From contig NZ_JABEMC010000001.1 of assembly GCF_013004595.1 (NCBI RefSeq), positions 310,001 to 374,000 on the forward strand: a stretch of DNA of 64,000 nt, read 5' to 3'. The notes under the pieces are model-generated. The model had not been told where the DNA came from. It searched no databases and saw only the letters and a program-made list of their open reading frames with translations. Each line of letters starts with the position of its first letter. Position 1 is the stretch's first letter. Position numbers and translations under genes: made by a program. Source of the DNA: Brevibacterium luteolum. Its GTDB lineage: Bacteria > Actinomycetota > Actinomycetes > Actinomycetales > Brevibacteriaceae. Positions 1-9,809 of the stretch are shown in pieces.

Positions 1-1372
1 GGAACAGACGTTGCTGGTGTCTGGCGGACAGCGAGGCCGCCAAGGTAATCGTACCGAGCCGGCCGAGGAACATGAGAGCACTGAGGACGTACAGACCGGC
101 ATCAGGGGACTTCTCCGTCACCCCGGAGGACAGCCCGCAGGTGGCGAAGGCGGAGATGACATCGAAGATGACAGCGTCGAGCGGCAGCCGCGTGATGTGC
201 AGCATCAGCAGGGTGCCGACGAAGACGAGAGCGGCGCCGGCGAGCGTGATCGAGATCGCCACGCGCACCGCTGCCGGGTCGATGCGCCGGTGGAAGACGG
301 TGACGTCCCTGAGCCCGCGCGCCTCGGCGAGCGCGGCGAGGACGAGCACCGAGATCGTCGTGACCTTGATACCGCCGGCGGTCGAGGACGAGCCGCCGCC
401 GATGAACATGAGGACGTCGATGAGCAGATGGCTGGTGCCGTACATCTGGGTGACGTCGATCGAGGCCATGCCCCCAGACCGCGGCATCGCAGCCATGAAC
501 AGGGTGTTGGTGATCGAATCGCCCAGGCTCAACCCGCCGATCGTCTTCTCGTTGCCGGATTCGAAGATGTACAGCAGCACGAAGGACACGAGCAGCAGCA
601 GTCCGGTGGTCGCCAGCGTCAGCTTCGTGTGCAGGTCCCAGCCGCGCGGGCGATTCCACGTGATCGCGACCATGAGCACCACCGGGAAGCCGAGCGAGCC
701 GATGAGCATCGAGACCATGAGCACCATGAGGATCCACGGATCGTCGGCGAAGTACTCGATGCCCCCGGTGTGCAGCGTGAACCCGGCGTTGTTGAAGGAG
801 GTCACGGCATAGAACAGGCCGTGCCACAGCGCTTCGCCCAGCGTCTCGCCGCGGATGAGGAAGCGGGGGGTGAGCAGGGCCATGATGACAGCTTCGACGG
901 CGAAGATCGTGATGAGCACTGCGCGCAGCAGCGTGCCGACCTGGCCGATCTGGAAGGTGTTCGTCGCCTGTGCGGCGATGAGCCGCTGACGCACGCCCAG
1001 CCGTTTCGACACCGCCATCCCGAGCAGCGACGCCAGTGTCAGGATGCCGAGGCCGCCGACCTGCATCGCCGCGACCATCACCCAGTGGCCGAACGTCGAC
1101 CAGTACTCCTCGGTCACGACCGGGGTCAGGCCGGTGACGCAGACGGTGGACACAGCGACGAACAGGCTGTTGGCGAACGAGTAGTCGGACGTGTCGGCGT
1201 GGGCGACCGGCAGCGACAGCAGCACCGTGAAGATCGCGATCGCGATGACGAACGAGGCGATCGCCAGCCGTGCCGGCGAGGCCTCGGCGACCTCGTCGAG
1301 GACGTCGCGCAGCCGCCGCCCCGGGTGGAACACCCGGTCGGTGAAGGTCGTCTTCGGTCGCTGATGAGCCAC
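1..1372 (-). CDS. trkH: TrkH/KtrB family potassium uptake membrane subunit (3' end runs off the window)
   Basis: Not in the ORF track because it has no stop in the window. My translation from GTG 1372 gives MAHQRPKTTF...VSTVCVTGL...QVGGLG...SFNNAGF...MFIGGGSSSTAGGIKV...SAFATCGLS...MFLGRLG, the four pore-loop glycine motifs of Trk/Ktr. TACACT lies 6 nt upstream of the GTG. Confidence 0.9.
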   Translation of the reverse strand, partial: MAHQRPKTTFTDRVFHPGRRLRDVLDEVAEASPARLAIASFVIAIAIFTVLLSLPVAHADTSDYSFANSLFVAVSTVCVTGLTPVVTEEYWSTFGHWVMVAAMQVGGLGILTLASLLGMAVSKRLGVRQRLIAAQATNTFQIGQVGTLLRAVLITIFAVEAVIMALLTPRFLIRGETLGEALWHGLFYAVTSFNNAGFTLHTGGIEYFADDPWILMVLMVSMLIGSLGFPVVLMVAITWNRPRGWDLHTKLTLATTGLLLLVSFVLLYIFESGNEKTIGGLSLGDSITNTLFMAAMPRSGGMASIDVTQMYGTSHLLIDVLMFIGGGSSSTAGGIKVTTISVLVLAALAEARGLRDVTVFHRRIDPAAVRVAISITLAGAALVFVGTLLMLHITRLPLDAVIFDVISAFATCGLSSGVTEKSPDAGLYVLSALMFLGRLGTITLAASLSARHQQRLF

Positions 1373-1484
1373 AGCATCAGTGTAGCCGGGGGCGGCGCGG
1401 CTGCCGCGGCGCTGGCGGGCAGGCGTATGGCGGCTGTGGCGGGGCGCTGTTCCGCAGCTCACACCGAACCAGTAGAGTGTGGCC

Positions 1485-2687
1485 ATGGCCAAGCGAGAGA
1501 CAGAAGTCTTCGTCATCTGGGACGAATCCTTCACGCAGTACAACTTCGGACCGACCCATCCGATGAACCCGCTGCGCCTCGACCTGACCGCGAAGCTCGC
1601 GACCGAATTCGGTCTCTTCGACCACCCTCGCATCCACATCTCCGGCGTCGGCGGCGTCGACGAGGACGCGCTCGCAGCCCTGCACACCCAGGACTTCATC
1701 GACGCAGTCAAACGCGCCGAGACGACCACGGACATCGCCCCTGACGTTGCGCAGACCTTCGGAGTCGGCACCGATGACGTGCCCCGCTTCGACAGGATCC
1801 ACGAAGCCTCCGGACGGATCTTCCAAGGCAGTCTCGAAGCCGCCCGCGCCATCACCTCGGGACGCTATGAGCGGGCGGTGAACTTCTGCGGCGGGATGCA
1901 CCATGCGATGCCGGGCAGGGCCGCCGGATTCTGCATCTACAACGACCTCGCCGCCGCCATCCAGCATTTCCTCGACCACGGCTATGAGCGGGTCTGCTAC
2001 ATCGACCTCGACGCCCACCACGGTGACGGCACCGAGCGCTTCTACTGGGACGACCCGCGGGTTATGACGATCTCCGTGCACGAGAACGGCCGCTTCCTGT
2101 TCCCCGGTACCGGCTTCGCCAACGACATCGGCGGACTCGACGCCGCCGCCTCAGCGGTCAACATCGCCCTGCCCCCGCGCACCGACGACCACGACTGGCT
2201 GCGCGCCCTCGACGCCGTCGTCCCGGCCGTCATCCGCGAATTCGACCCGCAGGTCATCGTCAGCCAGCACGGCTGCGACGGTCACTCCGCCGACCCGCTC
2301 ACCCACCTGCGGCTCAGCGTCGATGCGATGCGGGTGGCCACTCAGTGGGTGCGCGACCTTGCCGACGATTACGCCAACGGCAAGTGGCTGGCCACCGGCG
2401 GCGGCGGATATGCGCTCGTCGAAGTGGTGCCGCGCGCCTGGACGAACCTCGTCGCGATCGCGGCTGGAGCCGACATCGACCCCGCCACCGCGCTGCCGGA
2501 GCGCTGGCGGACCTACGTCGAGGACGTCACCCGCATCACTGCCCCGCATATGATGACCGACGGCCACGACGGCACCTTCGACCCGTGGGCCAACGGCTAC
2601 GATCCTGAATCCGACCTCGACCGCACAGTCATGTCGACACGGAAGAACATCTTTCCCTTCTACGGCCTCGACGCCCACTTCGACTGA
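1485..2687 (+). CDS. acuC: Acetoin utilization protein AcuC / histone-deacetylase-family protein deacetylase
   Basis: Motifs HPMNPLR, GGMHHA, GFCIYND, DLDAHHGDG, GGGGY. TAGAGT is 6 nt upstream of ATG 1485. Confidence 0.9.
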   Translation: MAKRETEVFVIWDESFTQYNFGPTHPMNPLRLDLTAKLATEFGLFDHPRIHISGVGGVDEDALAALHTQDFIDAVKRAETTTDIAPDVAQTFGVGTDDVPRFDRIHEASGRIFQGSLEAARAITSGRYERAVNFCGGMHHAMPGRAAGFCIYNDLAAAIQHFLDHGYERVCYIDLDAHHGDGTERFYWDDPRVMTISVHENGRFLFPGTGFANDIGGLDAAASAVNIALPPRTDDHDWLRALDAVVPAVIREFDPQVIVSQHGCDGHSADPLTHLRLSVDAMRVATQWVRDLADDYANGKWLATGGGGYALVEVVPRAWTNLVAIAAGADIDPATALPERWRTYVEDVTRITAPHMMTDGHDGTFDPWANGYDPESDLDRTVMSTRKNIFPFYGLDAHFD

Positions 2688-2830
2688 CATCCGACCCGCC
2701 GCGCAGGCGGCCTCCTTGACTCGAGTGCGCAGTTTTGGAATAGCTCCAGGCAACGATAGAATTAAGCGGTTACGTCTGACAGGCGAACGATCAGTGTTCG
2801 CCCCGATCGCCTACCCGTGAGGATTTATCT

Positions 2831-2929
2831 ATGGGCTCAGTCATCAAGAAGCGCCGCAAGCGGATGTCGAAGAAGAAGCACCGGAAGCTTCTGCGCAAGA
2901 CCCGCCACCAGCGCCGCAACAAGAAGTAA
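2831..2929 (+). CDS. 30S ribosomal protein bS22 (AURKAIP1/COX24 domain), 32 aa
   Basis: Translates to [32 protein letters not shown], the conserved actinobacterial bS22 sequence. GAGGA SD upstream. Too short for the ORF track. Confidence 0.95.
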   Translation: MGSVIKKRRKRMSKKKHRKLLRKTRHQRRNKK

Positions 2930-2943
2930 GCGGCTGCGTGCGT

Positions 2944-2970
2944 CCCCGTCGTTTCGTGCGGCGGGGTTTC
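2944..2970 (+). terminator. Probable intrinsic terminator after bS22
   Basis: CCCCGTCG-loop-CGGCGGGG hairpin followed by TTTC. Confidence 0.55.
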
Positions 2971-3019
2971 GTGCTGATAAGGCCCCGGCACGCAGGCCGA
3001 CAGCGAGGAGGATGACCGG

Positions 3020-3286
3020 ATGAGCGTCGAGCTGACGTTCCTCACCCGCCCCGGATGCGGGCTGTGCGTCACCGCCATGGACGTCATCGAGGACACCCTC
3101 GGCGAGCACATCGCCGCAGGCGACGTCACGGTCACCACCGTCGACATCGAAACCGACGCCGACCTCCTCGCCCAGCACGAATGGGACATCCCCGTCGTGC
3201 TGCTCAACGGCCGCAAGCACTCCAAGCACCGCATCGACGGGACCCGGCTCAAGCGCACCGTCGAGACACTGCTCGCCCACGGCTGA
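3020..3286 (+). CDS. Glutaredoxin-like protein (DUF836 type)
   Basis: TRPGCGLC (CxxC) and IPVVLLNG motifs; usual position upstream of rex. Confidence 0.85.
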   Translation: MSVELTFLTRPGCGLCVTAMDVIEDTLGEHIAAGDVTVTTVDIETDADLLAQHEWDIPVVLLNGRKHSKHRIDGTRLKRTVETLLAHG

Positions 3287-3346
3287 GACCGCCGGCGGGC
3301 CACACACCATACGGCATCGTGACACAGACAGGGGGTGAGGTCGTTG

Positions 3347-4060
3347 GTGAGCACCGCTTCGCAATCCGGCGGCACCGGACTGTCCTCCGTGCCCGCCCCG
3401 GTCGTCGCCCGCATGCCCGGCTACCTGCAGGCCCTTGATGAACTCGCCGCCGCCGGCCAGCAGACCGTCTCCAGCGAAGAGCTCGCCGGACGCTGCGCCG
3501 TCGGCTCGGCGATCCTGCGCCGCGACCTGTCCCACCTCGACTTCGCCGGCCGCCGCGGCGTCGGCTACGACACCGCCGCCCTCGGCGGCGCGGTGCGCCG
3601 CTTCCTTGGCCTCGACCGCACCCGCCGCATCGCCATCGCCGGTGCCGGCCGCCTCGGCTCGGCGATCGCCGACTACGCCGCCGTGCGCTTCAGCGGCTTC
3701 GAACTCACCGCAGTCTTCGACACCGCACCCGAGGTGGTGGGCACCACCGTCGGCGGCGCACCCGTCCTGCCGGTCGAGCAGCTCGCGTCCGTCACCACCG
3801 AGACCGGCATCGAGATGCTCATCATCGCCGTGCCCGCACCGGCCGCCCAGGCTGTGGCCGACGCGGCTGTGGCCGCCGGCATCACCGGGCTGCTCAACTT
3901 CGCCCCCACCATGGTCACCGTGCCCGAGGACGTGCACGTGCGCCATGTCGACCTCGCCACCGAGCTGCGGGTCCTCGCCCACTACACCGCCCCGGCCCAG
4001 CCGGCCGGAATCGACTCGACCGACCTCCGCAACACACGTCCTAGGGAGCATGCACTGTGA
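3347..4060 (+). CDS. rex: Redox-sensing transcriptional repressor Rex
   Basis: VARMPGY...SSEELA...LRRDLS...GRRGVGY winged helix plus GAGRLG Rossmann fold and LNFAP; sits directly before hemA. Start is GTG 3347 (GAGG SD) or GTG 3335. Confidence 0.88.
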   Translation: MSTASQSGGTGLSSVPAPVVARMPGYLQALDELAAAGQQTVSSEELAGRCAVGSAILRRDLSHLDFAGRRGVGYDTAALGGAVRRFLGLDRTRRIAIAGAGRLGSAIADYAAVRFSGFELTAVFDTAPEVVGTTVGGAPVLPVEQLASVTTETGIEMLIIAVPAPAAQAVADAAVAAGITGLLNFAPTMVTVPEDVHVRHVDLATELRVLAHYTAPAQPAGIDSTDLRNTRPREHAL

Positions 4061-6558
4061 CATTCCTCGTGCTCGGGATCTCACATCGGTCCGCACCGAT
4101 GTCCGTCCTCGATGCCATCGCCCTCGACTCAGATGGAGTCGAGGCGCTGCGCTCCGGGGTGCGCGCCGGTGACTACGTCGACGGCGCCTGCGTGCTCTCG
4201 ACCTGCAACCGGCTCGAGGTCATCGCCGACGCCTCGGCCTTCCACGGCGGCCTGGCCGACATCGGCTCCGCCCTCGTCGACGCCACCGGCCTGGACTGGA
4301 CGAGCCTGTCCGAGCACGTCTACGTCTACTACGACACCAAGGCCGTCGAACACCTCCTGACCCTGGCCTGCGGGCTCGACTCGATGGCCGTCGGCGAAGC
4401 CCAGATCCTCGGCCAGCTGCGCAGCGCCTACGTGCACGGCCAGCAGGCAGGGGAGCTGACGAAGGAGCTTGGCATCGTGCTGCAGCAGGCGCTGCGCGTC
4501 GGCAAACGCGCGCACGCCGAAACCGAACTCGACTCCGTCTCCCAGTCCCTGCTCGACAAGGCGCTGACCTCCGCCGAAGCCCACATCGGCAGCCTCGAGC
4601 GCTCCCGCGCACTCGTCGTCGGCGCCGGCGCGATGTCCGGACTGACCGTCGCGACCCTGCAGCGGGCGGGTGTTGCCCGCATCACCGTGATGAACCGGAC
4701 CCTGGAGAAGGCCGAACGGCTCGTCGCCCCCGTCGGCGGCCGTGCTGTCGAGCTCACCGCCGAGACGCTCACCGCGGAGATCGCCGATGCGGACCTCATC
4801 GTCTCCGTCACCGGTTCGCGCGGCACCGTGCTGAGCCGGGAGGACATCATCACCGGCATGCAGGCCGACTTCGACCAGCAGCCCAACAAGTTCCTCGTCG
4901 ACCTGGCACTCCCGCACGACATCGACCCGAGCGTGCGGGAACTGCCCCACATCCGGCTCATCGGCCTCGGGGAGCTGTCCGAGATGTTCGCCGAATCCGA
5001 TCTGCGCAGCCCGTCCGGCGTCGTCGAAATCGTCGCCGAAGTCCGCAGCATCATCCGCTCAGAGCTCGCCGCCTACCGCGCTGAGCACAAGGCCCGCTCG
5101 ATCGCCCCGACCGTCACCGCGCTGCGCTCGCATGCCGAGACCACCGTGGCCGGCGAGTTCGAGCGACTGAGCCGCAAGATCGGCGCGAAGGTCGACAGCG
5201 AGGTGCTCGACGAAATCCGCACCGCGCTCAAGCGCACCGCCGACAAGCTCGTCCACACCCCGACCGTGCGGGTCAAGCAGCTGTCCGTGCAGGACTCCGA
5301 CGTCGACTACGCCGCAGCCCTGACCCAGCTCTTCGACCTCAGTGCCACCTCCGGCCGCCGAGGAGAGCCCCAGCGCATCGACCGGTCGAAGGTCTCGGTC
5401 ACCGCTCCCGGTGTCGCACCGGTCAGCGCACGCGATGACCACCACGTCGAAGCCGACGGGCTGCGCCCGGTCGCCGACCACACCCTCGACGTCGTCGAAC
5501 CGGCCCACTACACCGGCCGCACCGTCAAGCTCGGCACCCGCCGCTCACGGCTGGCCCGCTCCCAGTCGACCGCCGTCGCCCAGCAGATCGCCGCCCAGAC
5601 CGGCTGGCGTGTTGAGATCGTCGAAGTCGTCACCGAAGGCGACGTGAATATGAGCCCGCTGGCCGCCATGGGCGGCTCCGGCGTCTTCGTCTCCGCCGTG
5701 CGCACCGCACTGCTGACCGGCAAGATCGACATCGCCGTCCACTCGCTCAAGGACCTGCCGACCGCCCCGGCCGCCGGCATCGACCTCGTCGCCGTGCCCC
5801 CGCGCGTCGACCCCTCCGATGTGCTCATCGCCCGCGACGGCATGACCTTAGCCGAACTGCCGGCCGGTGCTGTGCTCGGCACCGGCTCGCCGAGGCGCGC
5901 CGCCCAGCTGCGCGCCGCCCGGCCCGACATCGAAGTCCGCGGCGTGCGCGGCAACGTCGACACCCGCATCAAGCACGTCACCGACGGCCGCCTCGACGGC
6001 GTCGTCCTCGCCGCAGCCGGCGTGCGCCGCATCGGCCGGCTGGTCGAAGTCACCGACGTCCTCGACGCCGCCGTCATGCTCCCAGCCCCCGGACAGGGCG
6101 CCCTGGCCGTCGAATGCCGGGCCGCCAACGCCGATGTCGGCGAATTCGACACCGAGCTGCGCACAGCCCTGTCAGGCATCCACGATGCCGACACCGCCCT
6201 GGCCGTGCAGGCCGAACGCGCGATCCTCGCCCACGCCGAAGCCGGCTGCTCAGCCCCGATCGGCGCGCTCGCCGAGATCGACGGCAATGCCCTCACCCTC
6301 ACCGGCGTGATGGCAGACGACACCGGCCGCCTGCAGCGGGCGACCCGCACCGCCGACCTCACCACCGCCTCGGGCGCGGAGGACCACCCGCTCATCGCCA
6401 AGGAGCTCGGCAGTGCGATCGCCGACGAGCTGCTCACCATCCTCGGGGTCGTCCCCGACACCGTCACCGGCGCCAACGCTCCCAGCGAGCACATCGACCC
6501 GCGCAGCGAGCACGCCGCGGCAGCCGACCGGCAGCCCGTGAGCGAGGTGAGCCGATGA
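4057..6558 (+). CDS. hemA: Fused glutamyl-tRNA reductase (HemA) / hydroxymethylbilane synthase (HemC)
   Basis: N-half: SHRSAP, LSTCNRLE, GLDSMAVGEAQILGQ, GAGAM, DLALPHDID. C-half: LGTRRSRLA, AVHSLKDLP, GTGSPRR, VRGNVDTR, LPAPGQGAL, GCSAPIG. One uninterrupted 833-aa ORF. Confidence 0.93.
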   Translation: MTFLVLGISHRSAPMSVLDAIALDSDGVEALRSGVRAGDYVDGACVLSTCNRLEVIADASAFHGGLADIGSALVDATGLDWTSLSEHVYVYYDTKAVEHLLTLACGLDSMAVGEAQILGQLRSAYVHGQQAGELTKELGIVLQQALRVGKRAHAETELDSVSQSLLDKALTSAEAHIGSLERSRALVVGAGAMSGLTVATLQRAGVARITVMNRTLEKAERLVAPVGGRAVELTAETLTAEIADADLIVSVTGSRGTVLSREDIITGMQADFDQQPNKFLVDLALPHDIDPSVRELPHIRLIGLGELSEMFAESDLRSPSGVVEIVAEVRSIIRSELAAYRAEHKARSIAPTVTALRSHAETTVAGEFERLSRKIGAKVDSEVLDEIRTALKRTADKLVHTPTVRVKQLSVQDSDVDYAAALTQLFDLSATSGRRGEPQRIDRSKVSVTAPGVAPVSARDDHHVEADGLRPVADHTLDVVEPAHYTGRTVKLGTRRSRLARSQSTAVAQQIAAQTGWRVEIVEVVTEGDVNMSPLAAMGGSGVFVSAVRTALLTGKIDIAVHSLKDLPTAPAAGIDLVAVPPRVDPSDVLIARDGMTLAELPAGAVLGTGSPRRAAQLRAARPDIEVRGVRGNVDTRIKHVTDGRLDGVVLAAAGVRRIGRLVEVTDVLDAAVMLPAPGQGALAVECRAANADVGEFDTELRTALSGIHDADTALAVQAERAILAHAEAGCSAPIGALAEIDGNALTLTGVMADDTGRLQRATRTADLTTASGAEDHPLIAKELGSAIADELLTILGVVPDTVTGANAPSEHIDPRSEHAAAADRQPVSEVSR

Positions 6559-8159
6559 GCAAGGACTCCCGTCCCGAGGCGCAGGCCGCCGTCCGCCCGA
6601 TCGTCCACTTCCTCGGCGCCGGACCCGGCGACCCGGGCCTCATGACGTACAAGGGCGCTGAGCTGCTCGAACGCGCCACCCTCGTCGTCTACGACGCAGG
6701 CGAACTCGACGACATCGTCGACGCCTACGTGCCCGCCACCGCCACCCGGCTCGACTCAGCCGAACTCGGCGCAGCGGCGACCACCCGCGGGCGCAAGCTC
6801 GCCCAGCTGGCCCGCGAGCACACCCGGGTCGTGCGCATCGTCCCGCACGACGGCGTGCTGTTCTCCACCACCACCGATGAGGCCGCCGGCTGCAAGCGCA
6901 ACGGTGTCGACTTCGAGATCGTGCCCGGCGTGGGCCTGACCTCGTCGATGTCGGCCTACACCGGCACCCCGATCACCACGAGCCGGGTGCGCTCGGTGCG
7001 CTTCATCGAGGCGAGCCCGCAGACCTACGTCGACGTCGCCCGCCACCGCAACACCGGCCACGTCATCACCGGCAGCGTCGACGAGGTCTCGGTGGCCATC
7101 GACAGCCTGCTCGGCGACGACTGGGATGCTGACACCCCGATCCTGCTCACGATCGAGGTCTCGACCCTCCAGCAGGTCTCCGTGGAGACGACGCTCGGGG
7201 ATTCCGGCCCGCACCTGGCCAAAGCGCGCCCCGACCAGCGGGTCGTCATGCTCATGGGCCAGGGCATCGACATGCGCAAAGAGCTGTCCTGGTTCGAGAC
7301 GAAACCGCTGTTCGGCTGGAAGGTGCTCATCCCGCGCACCCGCGAACAGGCCTCTGCCACCCAGGACCTGCTGGCCGAGTACGGTGCCGAGGGCACGATC
7401 GTGCCGACGATCGCGATCCAGCCGCCGCGCACCCCGAACCAGATGGAGAAGGCGATCCGCGCGCTCGTCGAAGGCGACTACCAGTGGGTCGGCTTCACGT
7501 CTGTCAACGCTGTGACCGTCGTGCGCAACTGGCTCGAGGACCTCGGCCTCGACGCCCGCTGCCTGGCCGGAGTCAAGGTCGCCGCCGTCGGCGACCAGAC
7601 CGCTGCCAGCCTGCAGGAATGGGGTGTGATCCCCGACCTCGTGCCCTCCGGTGAGCAGTCCGCCCGCGGCATGCTCGAAGACTGGCCGCCCTTCGACGAC
7701 GGCTACCACGCGATGAACCGGGTGCTGCTGCCGCGCGCCGACATCGCCGGCGAGGTGCTCGTCACCGGGCTGCGCGAGGAGGGCTGGGAGGTCGACGACG
7801 TCACCGCCTACCGCACCGTGCGCGCCGCCCCACCACCGGCCCCCGTGCGCGAGGCGATCAAGCGCGGCGACTTCGACGCGGTGCTCTTCACCTCCTCATC
7901 GACCGTTCGCAACCTCGTCGGCATCGCCGGCAAGCCCTTCCACACCACCGTCGTCGCCTGCATCGGCCCGGCGACGGCACAGACCGCCGAAGACCACGGA
8001 CTGCGCGTCGACGTCATGGCAGATGAGGCCAACCTCGGCTCCGTCGTCGCCGGACTCGTCGAGCACGCCCGCGCCCGCCGCGAGGAGATGCTCGCCGCAG
8101 GCCGCACCCCGCTGCGCCCGTCGCAGACCCGCCGACGCAGCTCACGCCGCAAGAAGTGA
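6555..8159 (+). CDS. hemD: Bifunctional uroporphyrinogen-III methyltransferase-like / uroporphyrinogen-III synthase (CobA-HemD)
   Basis: [10 protein letters not shown]-terminus, [16 protein letters not shown] junction, [24 protein letters not shown] overlaps the upstream stop (ATGA). Confidence 0.9.
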   Translation: MSKDSRPEAQAAVRPIVHFLGAGPGDPGLMTYKGAELLERATLVVYDAGELDDIVDAYVPATATRLDSAELGAAATTRGRKLAQLAREHTRVVRIVPHDGVLFSTTTDEAAGCKRNGVDFEIVPGVGLTSSMSAYTGTPITTSRVRSVRFIEASPQTYVDVARHRNTGHVITGSVDEVSVAIDSLLGDDWDADTPILLTIEVSTLQQVSVETTLGDSGPHLAKARPDQRVVMLMGQGIDMRKELSWFETKPLFGWKVLIPRTREQASATQDLLAEYGAEGTIVPTIAIQPPRTPNQMEKAIRALVEGDYQWVGFTSVNAVTVVRNWLEDLGLDARCLAGVKVAAVGDQTAASLQEWGVIPDLVPSGEQSARGMLEDWPPFDDGYHAMNRVLLPRADIAGEVLVTGLREEGWEVDDVTAYRTVRAAPPPAPVREAIKRGDFDAVLFTSSSTVRNLVGIAGKPFHTTVVACIGPATAQTAEDHGLRVDVMADEANLGSVVAGLVEHARARREEMLAAGRTPLRPSQTRRRSSRRKK

Positions 8160-8167
8160 GGATGCAC

Positions 8168-9220
8168 ATGACGCCCACCCCCTCCGCACACACCGCTGAC
8201 CGCACCATCGGCCTGGCCCCGGGCGCGATCCGCCCGCGCCGCCTGCGCACCACCCCGGCCCTGCGCCGGCTCGTGGCCGAACACCGCCTCGACCCCGCGC
8301 AGCTCATCCTGCCGATGTTCGTCAAGGAGACCCTCGACGCCCCCGTCGAGCTGCAGGGCATGCCCGGGGTCTTCCAGCACACCCTCGACTCGCTCGTTAC
8401 CGCGGCCCGGCAGGCCGCAGCCGCTGGAGTCGGGGGAATCATGCTCTTCGGCATCCCCGCCGAACGCGACCCCGAGGGCAGCCAGGCGTGCGCCGCTGAT
8501 GGGATCCTCAACCGCGCCATCACGGCTGTGGCCGAGGCGGTCGGCGAGGACACCGTCGTCATGGCCGATCTGTGCCTCGACGAGTTCACCTCCCACGGCC
8601 ACTGCGGCGTGCTCGCCGATGATGGCAGCGTCGACAACGACGCCACCCTCGACCTGTATGCCCAGATGGCGCTCGCTCAGGCCCGCGCCGGCGCCCACGT
8701 GCTCGGGCTGTCGGGCATGATGGACGGCCAGGTCGCCGCCGTGCGCGCCACCCTCGATGCCGCCGGATTCACCGACGTTGTGGTGCTCGGCTACACCGCC
8801 AAGTACTCTTCGGCCTTCTACGGGCCCTTCCGCGAAGCCGTCGAATCCCAGCTCGAAGGCGACCGCCGCACCTACCAGCAGGATCCGGCCAACGGCCGCG
8901 AGGCGATGCGCGAACTCGAACTCGACCTCGCCGAAGGCGCTGACATCGTCATGGTCAAGCCTGGTCTGCCCTACCTCGACGTCCTCGCCCAGGTCGCCGA
9001 GGCCTCCCCGGTGCCGGTGTGGGCCTACCAGATCTCCGGCGAATACGCGATGGTCGAGTTCGCCGCCCGGGCAGGGGCCATCGACCGGATGCCGGCGATC
9101 CTCGAAAGCCTCACCTGCTTTGTGCGCGCCGGCGCCGATGCGGTGCTCACCTACTGGGCGACCGAAGTCGCCGAGCACCTGAACGCCGCGGCCGCCGGAA
9201 CGGCAGGCAGGCGAGGATGA
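8168..9220 (+). CDS. hemB: Porphobilinogen synthase (ALA dehydratase)
   Basis: [45 protein letters not shown]. Start could be 8156, 8162 or 8168. Confidence 0.95.
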   Translation: MTPTPSAHTADRTIGLAPGAIRPRRLRTTPALRRLVAEHRLDPAQLILPMFVKETLDAPVELQGMPGVFQHTLDSLVTAARQAAAAGVGGIMLFGIPAERDPEGSQACAADGILNRAITAVAEAVGEDTVVMADLCLDEFTSHGHCGVLADDGSVDNDATLDLYAQMALAQARAGAHVLGLSGMMDGQVAAVRATLDAAGFTDVVVLGYTAKYSSAFYGPFREAVESQLEGDRRTYQQDPANGREAMRELELDLAEGADIVMVKPGLPYLDVLAQVAEASPVPVWAYQISGEYAMVEFAARAGAIDRMPAILESLTCFVRAGADAVLTYWATEVAEHLNAAAAGTAGRRG

Positions 9221-9744
9221 TGGAGCGCGACCGGGTGTGCGACGGCGAGCGGGTCCCGCACGTCTCACCGGTGACCGAGGCGCCGGATGAGCCGCGGTGG
9301 CTCAGCGCGGACCAGCAGGTCGCCTGGCGCAGCTTCCTCATCGCCCACCAGCTGCTCATGAGCCAGCTCGACAAGGAGCTGCGCCAGACCCACCGCATCG
9401 GGCTGCCCGAATACGAAGTCCTCGTCCACCTCTCCGAACAGGCCGGCCGCTGCATGCGCATGGCCCTGCTCGCCGACGACATGGGCATGAGCCGCTCCCG
9501 GCTGACCCATATCGTGTCCCGGATGGAGAAGCGCGGGCTCGTCGAGCGCACCGCGATCGCCGAGGACGGCCGCGGCATCAACTGCTCCCTCACCGACGAC
9601 GGCTGGACGCTGCTCAAGCGCTCCGCCCCGCTGCACGTCGAAGGCGTGCGCCAGCACCTCATCGACCTGCTCGACGACAGTGAGATCGAGACGATGCGCT
9701 CGATCTTCCTCAAAGTGAATTCCCATATGCGCGACGTACCGTAA
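9217..9744 (+). CDS. MarR family transcriptional regulator
   Basis: [45 protein letters not shown]...LTDDG. ATG overlaps the hemB stop. Confidence 0.88.
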   Translation: MMERDRVCDGERVPHVSPVTEAPDEPRWLSADQQVAWRSFLIAHQLLMSQLDKELRQTHRIGLPEYEVLVHLSEQAGRCMRMALLADDMGMSRSRLTHIVSRMEKRGLVERTAIAEDGRGINCSLTDDGWTLLKRSAPLHVEGVRQHLIDLLDDSEIETMRSIFLKVNSHMRDVP

Positions 9745-9809
9745 GAGCCGCGTGCGCCCTGGCCAGCGGCCGGGCACCTCACCGTGACGAACTGCCGAAA
9801 AGGAGCTCC

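Noticed and set aside
11..1744. 577-aa plus-strand ORF, and similar long ORFs such as 21743-23512, 43006-44793, 57911-60424 and 62402-63895
   Set aside because: Antisense shadows of real genes (trkH, esterase, CoA ligase, membrane protein, rpoB); expected in high-GC DNA and lacking recognisable motifs.
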